Below, in pieces: positions 53,944 to 63,191 of a DNA stretch of 64,000 nt; position 1 is the first letter of the stretch, and each line of letters opens with the position of its first letter. The stretch is from the NCBI GenBank assembly GCA_963811165.1, contig CAWEQH010000004.1, positions 96,001 through 160,000 on the forward strand, in the 5' to 3' direction. The notes under the pieces were generated by a model. The model ran no database searches and was not told the DNA's origin. It saw only the letters and a list, made by a program, of their open reading frames with translations. The position numbers and the translations under genes were made by a program. Origin of the DNA: an uncultured Nitrospiraceae bacterium (GTDB taxonomy: Bacteria > Nitrospirota > Thermodesulfovibrionia > Thermodesulfovibrionales > UBA6898).

Positions 53944-54951
53944 ATGGCAAAGGTACTGGTAAAACTGCGAAGCGGCGAACAGATCAAAGGTGACCTTCTG
54001 TCTTTAAACGCGGCCAGGCCTTCGTTTTATCTGGTCGCCGAGGAAGAGGGCGGGAAGGTCCATAATATTAACGTAAGCATGGACTCGGTGAAGGCCATCT
54101 TTTTTCTTAAGAAACAGGAGAAGGACGCCTCGGTCGTCCACACCGAGACCATAGAGCAGTCTGTTGTTGCAGGTCTGCACGGGTTTCGGCTCGACGTGGA
54201 GTTCAAAGACGGTGAGATGGTTCACGGCTCGGCGCATAAATACAACCCCTCGGACAAGGGCTTTTATATGGTGCCTCTTAATCCCGCCGAAAGATATGAT
54301 CGCATGTACATCAATGCCGCGTGGGTGAAAAACGTGGACAGCAGAAGACTCATGGGGGATATCCTGCTCGACCAGAAAAAGATAACTGAGCAGCAGCTGA
54401 CCCACGCCTTAGAGTATCAGCGGGCGCAAAAAGAAAAAAAGATAGGCACGATCCTCAAAGAACACGATTATGTTACCCATGAGCAATTGGAAGAGGCCCT
54501 CAAAAAGCAAGGCGGACAGACAAAATTCCTTGGCGAGATTCTGCTCGAAGCCGGGTATATCACGGAAGAACAGCTGGCATTCGCCCTGGACATACAGCGG
54601 AAAAACAGGAAGAAGAAACTGGGCCGCATCCTGGTGGAACTCAGGTATCTTGCTCCAAACGATATATGCATCGCCCTGTCTGCCCAGTTGCAGCTGCCAT
54701 GGGCGGATTTGTCCTCAGCCGATATCCAATCGGACGTTGCCACAGCTCTGCCGGAGGAGGTCGCCCGCCGCCTCCAGGTCATCCCTATTGAACGGCAAGC
54801 AAATACCCTTGTAATTGCCAGCGCCGAGCCCCGGGAGCCTGGGTTAAAGGGTGAAATCGGCCGGTACACGGACCTCCGGATCGAGCTGGCGGTTGCTTAC
54901 GAGGACTATATAGAAGCGGTCATCAACCGGTTCTATCCGGGCAGGAATTGA
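53944..54951 (+). CDS. MshEN-repeat protein without ATPase domain
   Basis: Four (L/I/M)GxIL...IT..QL..AL..Q-type repeats, GspE N-terminal-like tail, duplicated beta-rich N-domain. Confidence 0.8.
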   Translation: MAKVLVKLRSGEQIKGDLLSLNAARPSFYLVAEEEGGKVHNINVSMDSVKAIFFLKKQEKDASVVHTETIEQSVVAGLHGFRLDVEFKDGEMVHGSAHKYNPSDKGFYMVPLNPAERYDRMYINAAWVKNVDSRRLMGDILLDQKKITEQQLTHALEYQRAQKEKKIGTILKEHDYVTHEQLEEALKKQGGQTKFLGEILLEAGYITEEQLAFALDIQRKNRKKKLGRILVELRYLAPNDICIALSAQLQLPWADLSSADIQSDVATALPEEVARRLQVIPIERQANTLVIASAEPREPGLKGEIGRYTDLRIELAVAYEDYIEAVINRFYPGRN

Positions 54952-54978
54952 CTTGATCTCACAGACGGCGGGAGCGCA

Positions 54979-55683
54979 TCAAAGATATTTTTTCAGTGCC
55001 TCGAGGTCCAGGTTTTTGACGGCGGCTTTTGCGATGGCGTCTTCGTCGAGAATTCTCAGGTAGGGAAAGATGCCTAGTATGGGGACAGGACATATCTGGG
55101 CGAGGAGCTTGGGGTTGGTCTTTTCCGCAAGACTGTCTTCAGGGGGTTTGCTATAGTTGATGATGACCCCTGCCACTTCGAGTCCTTCCTTCAGGGCACA
55201 GGTTATAGAAAGCATGGTATGGTTTACGGTCCCAAGGCCGGGCCTTGCCACTATCAAAAGGGGAAGGCCGAATTTTTTGGCCATATCCACTACGAAATAG
55301 TCCTTTTTTACAGGTACCATGAGCCCGCCGAGGCCCTCCACAATCATTGAGCTATATTTTGCAGACAGTCCTTTGAAGACCCTTCCGAGTTCATCCGTGT
55401 CGACCTCTGTTGCCTCTATCTCAGAGGCCGAAAGCGGGGCGAGGGGGCTTTCGAAACAGCAGGGGGTGACGAGCGTGACCGGTTCATCCATATGGGCGGT
55501 CTGTTTTAAAAACATGCCGTCAAAGGGGATAAGCACGTCGCCTTCGCGGCCGCAGCCGCTTTCGACCGGCTTCATGGCTCCCACACGATGACCGAGGAAG
55601 GAAAGCGCTTTTATCATAGCCCCCGCCATTATCGTCTTTCCGACTCCGGTATCGGTCCCCGCAATAAAAAAACCCTTAGACAT
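54979..55683 (-). CDS. bioD: dethiobiotin synthase
   Basis: GTDTGVGKT, KPVESG, VEGLGG, LGTVNHT. Confidence 0.95.
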   Translation of the reverse strand: MSKGFFIAGTDTGVGKTIMAGAMIKALSFLGHRVGAMKPVESGCGREGDVLIPFDGMFLKQTAHMDEPVTLVTPCCFESPLAPLSASEIEATEVDTDELGRVFKGLSAKYSSMIVEGLGGLMVPVKKDYFVVDMAKKFGLPLLIVARPGLGTVNHTMLSITCALKEGLEVAGVIINYSKPPEDSLAEKTNPKLLAQICPVPILGIFPYLRILDEDAIAKAAVKNLDLEALKKYL

Positions 55684-55720
55684 AAAACCTCCTTCGTACC
55701 CTGCTTTCAATTTCGAAAAG

Positions 55721-56422
55721 TCAGAGGATACGGCTGTCGAGGCTGAAGACCTGCCCCGTAATGTTTTGCGTGCGCACGATCGACACTACTAGTGCCGCAA
55801 CCTCTGCCGGGTCGGACAAACTGTGCAGCATACTCTTTTCCCTTGCCTGGTCCATTGCCCTGCCGGCCCCTATTCCCATATCGGTCATCATAAATCCGGG
55901 CAGCACGGCGTTGACACGTATGTGATGCACTGCGAGTTCAGCTGCGCAGGTATAGGTGAGCCCGAGGAGGGCCGCTTTTGAAGCGCTATAGGCGGCCTGT
56001 CCGGCTTTTCCCGAAATCCCCGAACGGGAGGAGATATTGACCACGTGTCCACCACCGGATTTTACCATAAGCGGGGCCATAGTCTTAATGATATTGAAGC
56101 AGCCCTTAAGGTTTGTCCCGATGATCGAGTCCCATTCTTTTTCAGACTGCCTGATGAGCAAAGAGTCCTTCGTGATTCCCGCGTTATTTATTACCACATC
56201 GAGTCTGCCCGAAACTTTTTCGACAAAATCGGCCATTGCCCTGACCTGTGCTGCATCTGCGACATCAGCCCTTATAGTACGGCCGACTGATCGGACAAGT
56301 TCGGATACCTCCTTATCGGCCGAAAGATAGTTGGCAAAGACGGTATAGCCGTTTTTTGCAAGCGCAAAGGCGATCTCTTTCCCCAGCCCCCGCGACGCTC
56401 CGGTGACGAGGGCTACCGGCAT
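55721..56422 (-). CDS. SDR oxidoreductase (FabG-like)
   Basis: TGASRGLG, NNAG, YSASK. Confidence 0.9.
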   Translation of the reverse strand: MPVALVTGASRGLGKEIAFALAKNGYTVFANYLSADKEVSELVRSVGRTIRADVADAAQVRAMADFVEKVSGRLDVVINNAGITKDSLLIRQSEKEWDSIIGTNLKGCFNIIKTMAPLMVKSGGGHVVNISSRSGISGKAGQAAYSASKAALLGLTYTCAAELAVHHIRVNAVLPGFMMTDMGIGAGRAMDQAREKSMLHSLSDPAEVAALVVSIVRTQNITGQVFSLDSRIL

Positions 56423-56666
56423 ATGCGGTGTTCCCGGGTGATTACGTCGAACCTATGATTGGTGGTCCTCATTTTGTTCGTTTATGGGTAATCCGGCACA
56501 ATTTGAAAATGGAATGACAGCTTCTAGAACTATCTTTACCGCTACATAGTGTCGGCAAATGTTTTCAGCTTAAAGGCAAATAGATTTTTTCAAGAATAAC
56601 ACATAACGTACTGACAGAAGAAGGGCCGGTCAAAAAAGGCGGGTGTAGCGCAATAGATTTCGGCAC

Positions 56667-56737
56667 AAAAAAAACAGGCAGCCAGGGGGGACTGGCTGCC
56701 TGAAGGAGGGATTCGAAAAAGGGTTTTATTACCCTTG
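56667..56737 (-). ncRNA. candidate small RNA or leader ending in an intrinsic terminator
   Basis: 5' hairpin, single-stranded CCCUCCUU, 11-bp hairpin plus U8; TATGCT just upstream. Confidence 0.4.
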
Positions 56738-56797
56738 TTAGTAGCATAGTGGCAAATATTGAAGAAATTATGAAGGGGTAAAATACCCATCGCGTTC

Positions 56798-56826
56798 TTG
56801 ACAAGCGCCGAGGGTTGCGCGAGAAT
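56798..56826 (+). promoter_or_regulatory. sigma70-type promoter of the ALDH operon
   Basis: TTGACA-N17-GAGAAT. Confidence 0.55.
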
Positions 56827-56878
56827 TTGGGCATGAATCCCCGGTCTTTTTCCGATTTTCTCAAGGGTTGGGAGGTGC

Positions 56879-58372
56879 TTGGTGAAAACGATCGTGAAGA
56901 ATTTCATTGACGGACAATGGGTGGACTCGATTGCCGGGGAGGCCTTCGAACGCATCAACCCGGCGGATACGTCGGAGGTCGTTGCGGTCGTCAGCAGGGC
57001 AGACAGGCCCGACGTCGACACGGCTGTCGGCGCAGCGAAGGCGGCGTTTGGCGGCTGGAGACATACCCCGCCGCCAAAAAGGGGAGAGATACTTTTCAGG
57101 GCGGGCGAGATACTTACGAGGAGGAAAGAAGAACTCGGCGCGCTTATGACCAAGGAGATGGGCAAGGTCCTGCCCGAAGCGCTCGGGGACGTGCAGGAGG
57201 CCATAGACATGGCCTTTTATATGGCGGGGGAAGGCAGAAGGCTTTCAGGTGAAACGATCCCCTCGGAACTTCCCGATAAGGACTGTAAGTCCATACGCGT
57301 GCCCGTTGGGGTATGCGGCCTGATTACGCCCTGGAACTTCCCCATGGCCATACCGGCCTGGAAGATCATGCCTGCCCTTATCTCGGGCAACACTGTGGTT
57401 TTTAAGCCAAGCAGTTACACGCCCGCCTGCGCTTCGAAACTCGTAGAGACATTTCAGGAGGCCGGCCTGCCGAAGGGGGTTTTGAATCTCGTAAACGGCA
57501 GCGGTGAAGGGACCGGGAACTATCTCGCTTCGCATGCCGGCATAGACGCTCTGTCTTTTACGGGTTCGACCGCGGTCGGGCTGGGGATCGCAAAGACCTG
57601 CTCAGAGAACGGCAAGAAGGTATCTTGCGAGATGGGCGGGAAAAACGCCATCATCGTCATGGACGACGCTGACCTGGACCTTGCGGTCGAAGGTGCGATA
57701 TGGGGCGGGTTCGGGACGAGCGGTCAAAGGTGTACGTCGTCAAGCCGCATAGTCGTACACCGGAAGGTCTACGATATGTTCCTTCAGATGTTCTCTGCGG
57801 CCGCATCAAAGCTGAGACTCGGAAACGGACTCGATAAAAATACCGACGTAGGTCCTGTCGTAAACGAGACTCAGATGAAGCGGATACTCGACTTCATAGA
57901 GATCGGAAAGAAAGAAGGGGCCAAAGTGGTAACGGGGGGCAATGCCTGCAGGGAAGGCGAATGCGGGAGAGGATACTTCATCCGGCCTACAATCTTTTCC
58001 GGGGTCGCCCCCGGCATGAGGATCGCGCAGGAGGAGATCTTCGGCCCTGTGGTGGCGGTGATCATGGCAGAGGACCTGCAGGACGCGATACGGATAGTCA
58101 ACGGCACCTCTTACGGACTTGTATCTTCGATATACACGAGGGACGTCAATAAGTCCGCCGTCGCAGAGCGCGAGCTCGATACCGGCATTGTCTATATCAA
58201 TGCCTCAACGATAGGCGCAGAGATCCAGCTTCCCTTCGGCGGGACGAAAAAAAGCGGCTTTGGACATGAAGAGGCCGGAGGAAGGGGGGGCGCCCTCGAT
58301 ATGTTTACTAAGTGGAAGGTGATCTACAGGGACTTCAGCGGCAGGCTCCAGAAGGCCCAGATCGACAGATAA
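56879..58372 (+). CDS. aldehyde dehydrogenase (amino-acid semialdehyde type)
   Basis: PWNFP, FTGS, EMGGKN, GQRCT, EEIFGP. Confidence 0.95.
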   Translation: MVKTIVKNFIDGQWVDSIAGEAFERINPADTSEVVAVVSRADRPDVDTAVGAAKAAFGGWRHTPPPKRGEILFRAGEILTRRKEELGALMTKEMGKVLPEALGDVQEAIDMAFYMAGEGRRLSGETIPSELPDKDCKSIRVPVGVCGLITPWNFPMAIPAWKIMPALISGNTVVFKPSSYTPACASKLVETFQEAGLPKGVLNLVNGSGEGTGNYLASHAGIDALSFTGSTAVGLGIAKTCSENGKKVSCEMGGKNAIIVMDDADLDLAVEGAIWGGFGTSGQRCTSSSRIVVHRKVYDMFLQMFSAAASKLRLGNGLDKNTDVGPVVNETQMKRILDFIEIGKKEGAKVVTGGNACREGECGRGYFIRPTIFSGVAPGMRIAQEEIFGPVVAVIMAEDLQDAIRIVNGTSYGLVSSIYTRDVNKSAVAERELDTGIVYINASTIGAEIQLPFGGTKKSGFGHEEAGGRGGALDMFTKWKVIYRDFSGRLQKAQIDR

Positions 58373-58399
58373 CCGGATGGACAGGAGGTCAACAGCCGC

Positions 58400-59683
58400 A
58401 TGGACGATTATCTGAACAGGGCGAAAGCCGTTTTGACAAACGCGCTCGTCATTCACACCGGGATCGTCGCAAAGAAGGCCCACGGTATTTATGTCGAAGA
58501 TCTTGATGGCAGGAGGTACATGGACTTTACCTCCGGGCTTGCCACCGTAAATATCGGACACAACCACCCCGGCGTCGTCGAGGCGATAAAGAGACAGGCG
58601 GAAGATTTCGTTCATTCCGGGTGCATCTTTTATTACGAACCGCTTATAACGCTTGCCGAGAAGCTAAGGCAAGTGACGCCTCCGGGGATTGATATGTTCT
58701 TCTTCAGCAATTCCGGGGCCGAGGCTGTCGAAGGCGCGATAAAGCTTGCGCGCTATAGCACAGGCCGGCAGGGCATCGTCGCGTTTACCGGAGGGTTCCA
58801 CGGCAGGACCTTCGGTGCAATGAGTCTGACCACATCGAGCATGAGGTACCGAAGGATGTATCACCCCGTGGTCCCCTCGATCTACCACACTCCTTACCCC
58901 TATTGTTTCCGGTGTTTCTTTGGTCAACGGCCGGGCGCCTGCAACATGGATTGTTATACATACCTTGAGAGGCTCTTTAAACATCTCATCCCTCCTGAGG
59001 AAGTGGCCTGCATGATAATCGAACCGGTGCTCGGCGAAGGGGGTTACGTGCCGCCTCCGCCCGAGTTCCTTGCCAGACTCAGGGCCATCTGCGACAAATG
59101 GGGTATACTCCTTGTGCTCGATGAGGTTCAGGCAGGCATGGGAAGGACGGGAAAGTGGTTTGCGTCGGAGCATTTCGGGGTTGTCCCTGACATTATGACC
59201 GTCGCCAAAGGCATCGCCTCGGGCATGCCTCTTAGTGCGGTGGCCGCAAGAAAAGAGATCATGGAGAAATGGCCCAAAGGCGCGCACGGCACGACCTTCG
59301 GAGGCAACCCTGTTTCATGCGCCGCCGCCCTTGCGACAATCGGGATTATAGAGAAAGAGGGTCTTTTAGCAAAGGCCACTCAAACCGGCGGGCATGCCAT
59401 GACAAGATTGAGATCGATAAAGGAGAGGTATCCTGCAATCGGCGACGTAAGGGGACTCGGGCTCATGATAGGCATAGAGTTTGTCACGGCAGCGGGGGAG
59501 GCCGACACAGTGGGTCTTGGCAAAGTGATCCGGAACAGTCTTGAAAAAGGGCTGGTGCTTCTGGACTGCGGGGTTGATAAAAATATCATAAGGCTGGCCC
59601 CGCCGCTCATAGTGAAGAGGGAAGAAATAGATGCGGGACTCGATATATTCGAAGGTGCGCTCAACGCAACGTATGGGGGTTGA
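58400..59683 (+). CDS. class III PLP aminotransferase (GabT/ornithine omega-aminotransferase-like)
   Basis: SGAEAVE, FHGRT, EPVLGEGG, DEVQAGMGRTG, AKG, TFGGNP. Confidence 0.93.
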   Translation: MDDYLNRAKAVLTNALVIHTGIVAKKAHGIYVEDLDGRRYMDFTSGLATVNIGHNHPGVVEAIKRQAEDFVHSGCIFYYEPLITLAEKLRQVTPPGIDMFFFSNSGAEAVEGAIKLARYSTGRQGIVAFTGGFHGRTFGAMSLTTSSMRYRRMYHPVVPSIYHTPYPYCFRCFFGQRPGACNMDCYTYLERLFKHLIPPEEVACMIIEPVLGEGGYVPPPPEFLARLRAICDKWGILLVLDEVQAGMGRTGKWFASEHFGVVPDIMTVAKGIASGMPLSAVAARKEIMEKWPKGAHGTTFGGNPVSCAAALATIGIIEKEGLLAKATQTGGHAMTRLRSIKERYPAIGDVRGLGLMIGIEFVTAAGEADTVGLGKVIRNSLEKGLVLLDCGVDKNIIRLAPPLIVKREEIDAGLDIFEGALNATYGG

Positions 59684-61024
59684 ATGATGAAGAGACAGAA
59701 GGTCCTTATCATGGGTGCCGCCGGCAGGGACTTCCATAACTTCAATATGGTTTACAGGGAGGACCCCTCCTATGAAGTTGCTGCATTTACCGCGGCCCAG
59801 ATACCCTTTATAGGAAGAAGAATGTATCCGGCCACCCTGGCAGGACCTCTTTATCCGGATGGGATCCCGATCTTTCCCGAAGAGGACCTTGCGACGCTTA
59901 TCCATCTGTACGGGATCGGGCAGGTGGTCTTTGCCTACAGTGATGTCACGCACGAACATGTTATGCACAAGGCCTCTCTCTGCCTTTCGCTGGGGACCGA
60001 TTTTGTTCTGCTCGGCCCTGACAAGACAATGCTCGAATCGACACTGCCCGTCATCTCCGTATGTTCGGTAAGGACGGGATGCGGAAAGAGTGGAATGACG
60101 AGATATGTCCTTGGAGTGCTTAAGAAAAGAGGAGTGGTCCCTGTTGCGATACGACATCCGATGCCCTATTGCGACCTGGTAAAAAGCCGCGTGCAGCGGT
60201 TCGGGAAGATGGAAGACCTAGACGACGGGAGCTGCACCATAGAGGAACGCGAAGAATTCGAGCCGCTTATCAGGGCAGGCGTCCCCGTGTACGCCGGGGT
60301 CGATTATCGGGAGGTTTTGAAAGACGCCGAAAAAGAGGCCGGGGTCATTGTATGGGACGGGGGGAACAATGATATGCCCTTTTTAAGGTCCGGGCTTGAA
60401 ATAGTGGTCCTCGACCCTCACCGGCCCGGCCATGAGTTGTCTTTCCATCCGGGTGAAGCCAATTTAAGGAGGGCGGATATAGCGGTTATCAACAAGGTCG
60501 ATACCGCGGACGAGGGAAAGGTGAGAGAGGTCGAAAAAAACATCCGGAAGGTGAACCCGGTAGCGGTCATTGTATATACGACTTCACCCATAAGTGTCGA
60601 CTATCCCGGCAAGATCGCGGGAAAGAAGGTCCTCGTGGTAGAGGACGGACCGACGCTTACCCACGGCGGCATGAAATACGGGGCCGGGTTTCTGGCCGCA
60701 GAGAAATACTCGGCGGCCGAGATTGTCGACCCGCGTCCCTATGCGGTTGGTTCGATCAGAGAGACCCTCGAAAAATATCCCGATCTCAGGAGGGTGTTGC
60801 CTGCGATGGGGTACGCCCCGGAGCAGATAAGAGAACTGAAAGAGACGATAGAGCGCGCGCAGGCAGACCTTGTGCTGGTCGCAACGCCCACCGACCTGCG
60901 CCGGCTGCTGGAGCTTAATAAAGATTCCGTGCGCGTCAGTTACGAAATAGAGGAGCTTGACGGTATGGAGCTGAAAGGGTGCATAGAGGGCTTCATCGAC
61001 AGCCATCTCCATGCTGCGAAATAG
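59684..61024 (+). CDS. COG2403 P-loop protein (cDPG-synthetase-like), candidate arginine synthetase ArcE
   Basis: MGAAGRDFHNFN, AFTAAQIP, VRTGCGKS, RHPMPY, TIEEREE, WDGGNND, EDGPTLTHGGM. Confidence 0.85.
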   Translation: MMKRQKVLIMGAAGRDFHNFNMVYREDPSYEVAAFTAAQIPFIGRRMYPATLAGPLYPDGIPIFPEEDLATLIHLYGIGQVVFAYSDVTHEHVMHKASLCLSLGTDFVLLGPDKTMLESTLPVISVCSVRTGCGKSGMTRYVLGVLKKRGVVPVAIRHPMPYCDLVKSRVQRFGKMEDLDDGSCTIEEREEFEPLIRAGVPVYAGVDYREVLKDAEKEAGVIVWDGGNNDMPFLRSGLEIVVLDPHRPGHELSFHPGEANLRRADIAVINKVDTADEGKVREVEKNIRKVNPVAVIVYTTSPISVDYPGKIAGKKVLVVEDGPTLTHGGMKYGAGFLAAEKYSAAEIVDPRPYAVGSIRETLEKYPDLRRVLPAMGYAPEQIRELKETIERAQADLVLVATPTDLRRLLELNKDSVRVSYEIEELDGMELKGCIEGFIDSHLHAAK

Positions 61025-61091
61025 TGCGATGACATGGCATGGAACATCATTTTTTATTGCCGCCTTAAAGAAATGATTACATCGTTTATGA

Positions 61092-61162
61092 AATCCCTTC
61101 TGCCCTCCCTTTGTCAAAGTGAGGAATAATTCTCCTCTTTGGCAGAAGAGGGGGGAGATTTT
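61092..61162. repeat. degenerate palindromic repeat (CCCTTTG..AAAG.G type)
   Basis: Resembles the CCCCTTGATAAGGGG palindromes at 9800-9870. Confidence 0.5.
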
Positions 61163-61188
61163 CTCATTCATGTGATACCCTTGATAGT

Positions 61189-62148
61189 ATGAACGGCACT
61201 GGGCGATACAGATTGTGCGTCGTTTCCCTTGGCGGCAACGCCCTGATAAGGAGGGGCGAGGAGGGCACAATCGAAGAACAGTTCGCACATACTCGCGCAT
61301 GCACGTCGCAGCTGTCACGTATGGTCAGGGACGGGTTCAGGATAGTAATTACCCATGGAAACGGCCCGATCGTCGGAAACATCGTAATCCGAAACGAAGC
61401 GGCGAAGAACACGGTCCCCCCCATGCCCCTTTATATCTGCGACGCCGACTCGGAGGGCGGCATCGGCTACATGATCCAGCAGACACTCTATAACAGCCTC
61501 AGAGGCATTCGGGAGGTGCGTGGCGTGGTCACGGTCATCACCCAGGTCGTTGTCGACAAGAAAGACCGTGCCTTTGAAATACCGTCAAAACCGATAGGAC
61601 CCTTCTACACTGAGGACGAGGCGGCCGAACTGGAAAAGTCGAGGGGGTGGATCTTGAGGGAAGACAGCGGCAGAGGCTATAGAAGGGTTGTCCCGTCGCC
61701 CCGGCCGAAGAAGATAATCGAGACGGAGGTCATCAGGCAGCTCACTCAATCTGGCGTCATTACGATCGCGGCCGGAGGGGGCGGCGTACCGGTCGTCGAA
61801 CTGGCATCGGGCGATCTTCAGGGAGTGGATGCGGTTGTGGACAAGGACCTTGCGAGCAGTCTCCTTGCGATGGATCTGGGTGCCGAATGTTTCATCAACC
61901 TTACCCAGGTCGACAACGTCTACCTCGATTACGGAAGGGCCGGCCAGAGGGCGCTTCGTGATGTCGGTCTGGAAGAGATCAGCGCGTACTACGAGCAGGG
62001 CCATTTTCCGCCGGGAAGCATGGGACCGAAGATAGAGGCGGCCATCGAGTTTCTTCGTGCCGGAGGTAAAGAAGTGATCATCACGACCCCGGAACTTGTC
62101 GGAGAAGCGATGCAGGGAAGGGCAGGGACGAGGCTAAGGGCGACTTGA
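61189..62148 (+). CDS. arcC: carbamate kinase
   Basis: LGGNAL, THGNGP, KPIGPFY, RRVVPSP, GGGGVP, VDKD, GSMGPK. Confidence 0.96.
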   Translation: MNGTGRYRLCVVSLGGNALIRRGEEGTIEEQFAHTRACTSQLSRMVRDGFRIVITHGNGPIVGNIVIRNEAAKNTVPPMPLYICDADSEGGIGYMIQQTLYNSLRGIREVRGVVTVITQVVVDKKDRAFEIPSKPIGPFYTEDEAAELEKSRGWILREDSGRGYRRVVPSPRPKKIIETEVIRQLTQSGVITIAAGGGGVPVVELASGDLQGVDAVVDKDLASSLLAMDLGAECFINLTQVDNVYLDYGRAGQRALRDVGLEEISAYYEQGHFPPGSMGPKIEAAIEFLRAGGKEVIITTPELVGEAMQGRAGTRLRAT

Positions 62149-62219
62149 TTACGTTTTCAAATGCCGGATAATTAGTGTAGGGTGTACTATTTATGACCAT
62201 ATGAAGGGAGAATTGAAGG

Positions 62220-63081
62220 ATGCCTAAGAAGACAGAAACTCATGCACGGCTGACAAAGGACGAAAGGGCCTTTTCGTTCATTGCGCTCAATGACCGGGAA
62301 GGTAAACCGAGGAAACAGGGTATTACGGAGATGAGAGGCCCATACTATACGCCCATGGGAAAGCGCTATCTTGAAGACATCCTTGAGACCATGGGGGCTT
62401 ATGTCGATATCCTTAAGTTTGCGGGAGGGTCCTTCAGTCTCATGCCCCGCAAAGCGGTAAAGGAACTCATCGATCTATGCCACAGGTACGATGTGCAGGT
62501 CGACACGGGAGGCTTTATCGAGCATGTGCTTACGCTCGGTGCAGGCATGGTCGATCGCTATATCGAGGAATGCAGGAGCCTTGAATTCGATATAGTCGAG
62601 ATATCGGGCGGCTTTCTGAGTATCCCCGCAGATGACCTTGTCCGTATAACCGAAAAAGTGCGGAAAAGGGGGATGAAGCCCAAAGCCGAGGTGGGCATCC
62701 AGTTCGGTGCAGGGGGAGCGAGCACGGTCGGGGAACTCGAGGCCGAAGGGACAGGGGATGTCGACTGGGCGGTCATGAGGGCGAAGAAGCATCTCGATGC
62801 CGGCGCATATATGATCATGATCGAATCAGAGGGCATAACAGAAAGCGTCAACACCTGGAGGACGGATGTGATCTCCAAATTCATCCGGGAGCTGGGGATC
62901 GAAAAGACGATGTTCGAGGCCGCTGACCCGGAGGTGTTCAACTGGTATATCAAAAACTACGGGCCGGAAATGAATCTTTTTGTCGACCATAGCCAGATCG
63001 TGCTTCTTGAATCCCTGAGGTCGGGCATCTGGGGGACGAAAAAACCTCTGGGGAAGGGTGTTGACCTATAAAGGCCGCTAA
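62220..63081 (+). CDS. phosphosulfolactate synthase (ComA family); +1 A near 63040 shifts the last codons
   Basis: KPRKQGITEMRGPYY, LKFAGGS, MIESEGITE, NLFVDHSQ; corrected tail WGTKNLWGRVLTYK. Confidence 0.88.
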
Positions 63082-63191
63082 GAAAGTCCGACCAAGGAGG
63101 GGACTATCTTCTCGCTCATTCAAAACGAAACATAGAAAGGCGGGAGAATACCATATCCCGCCTTATTGACCGAGTTTGTGAATAATCCTGG

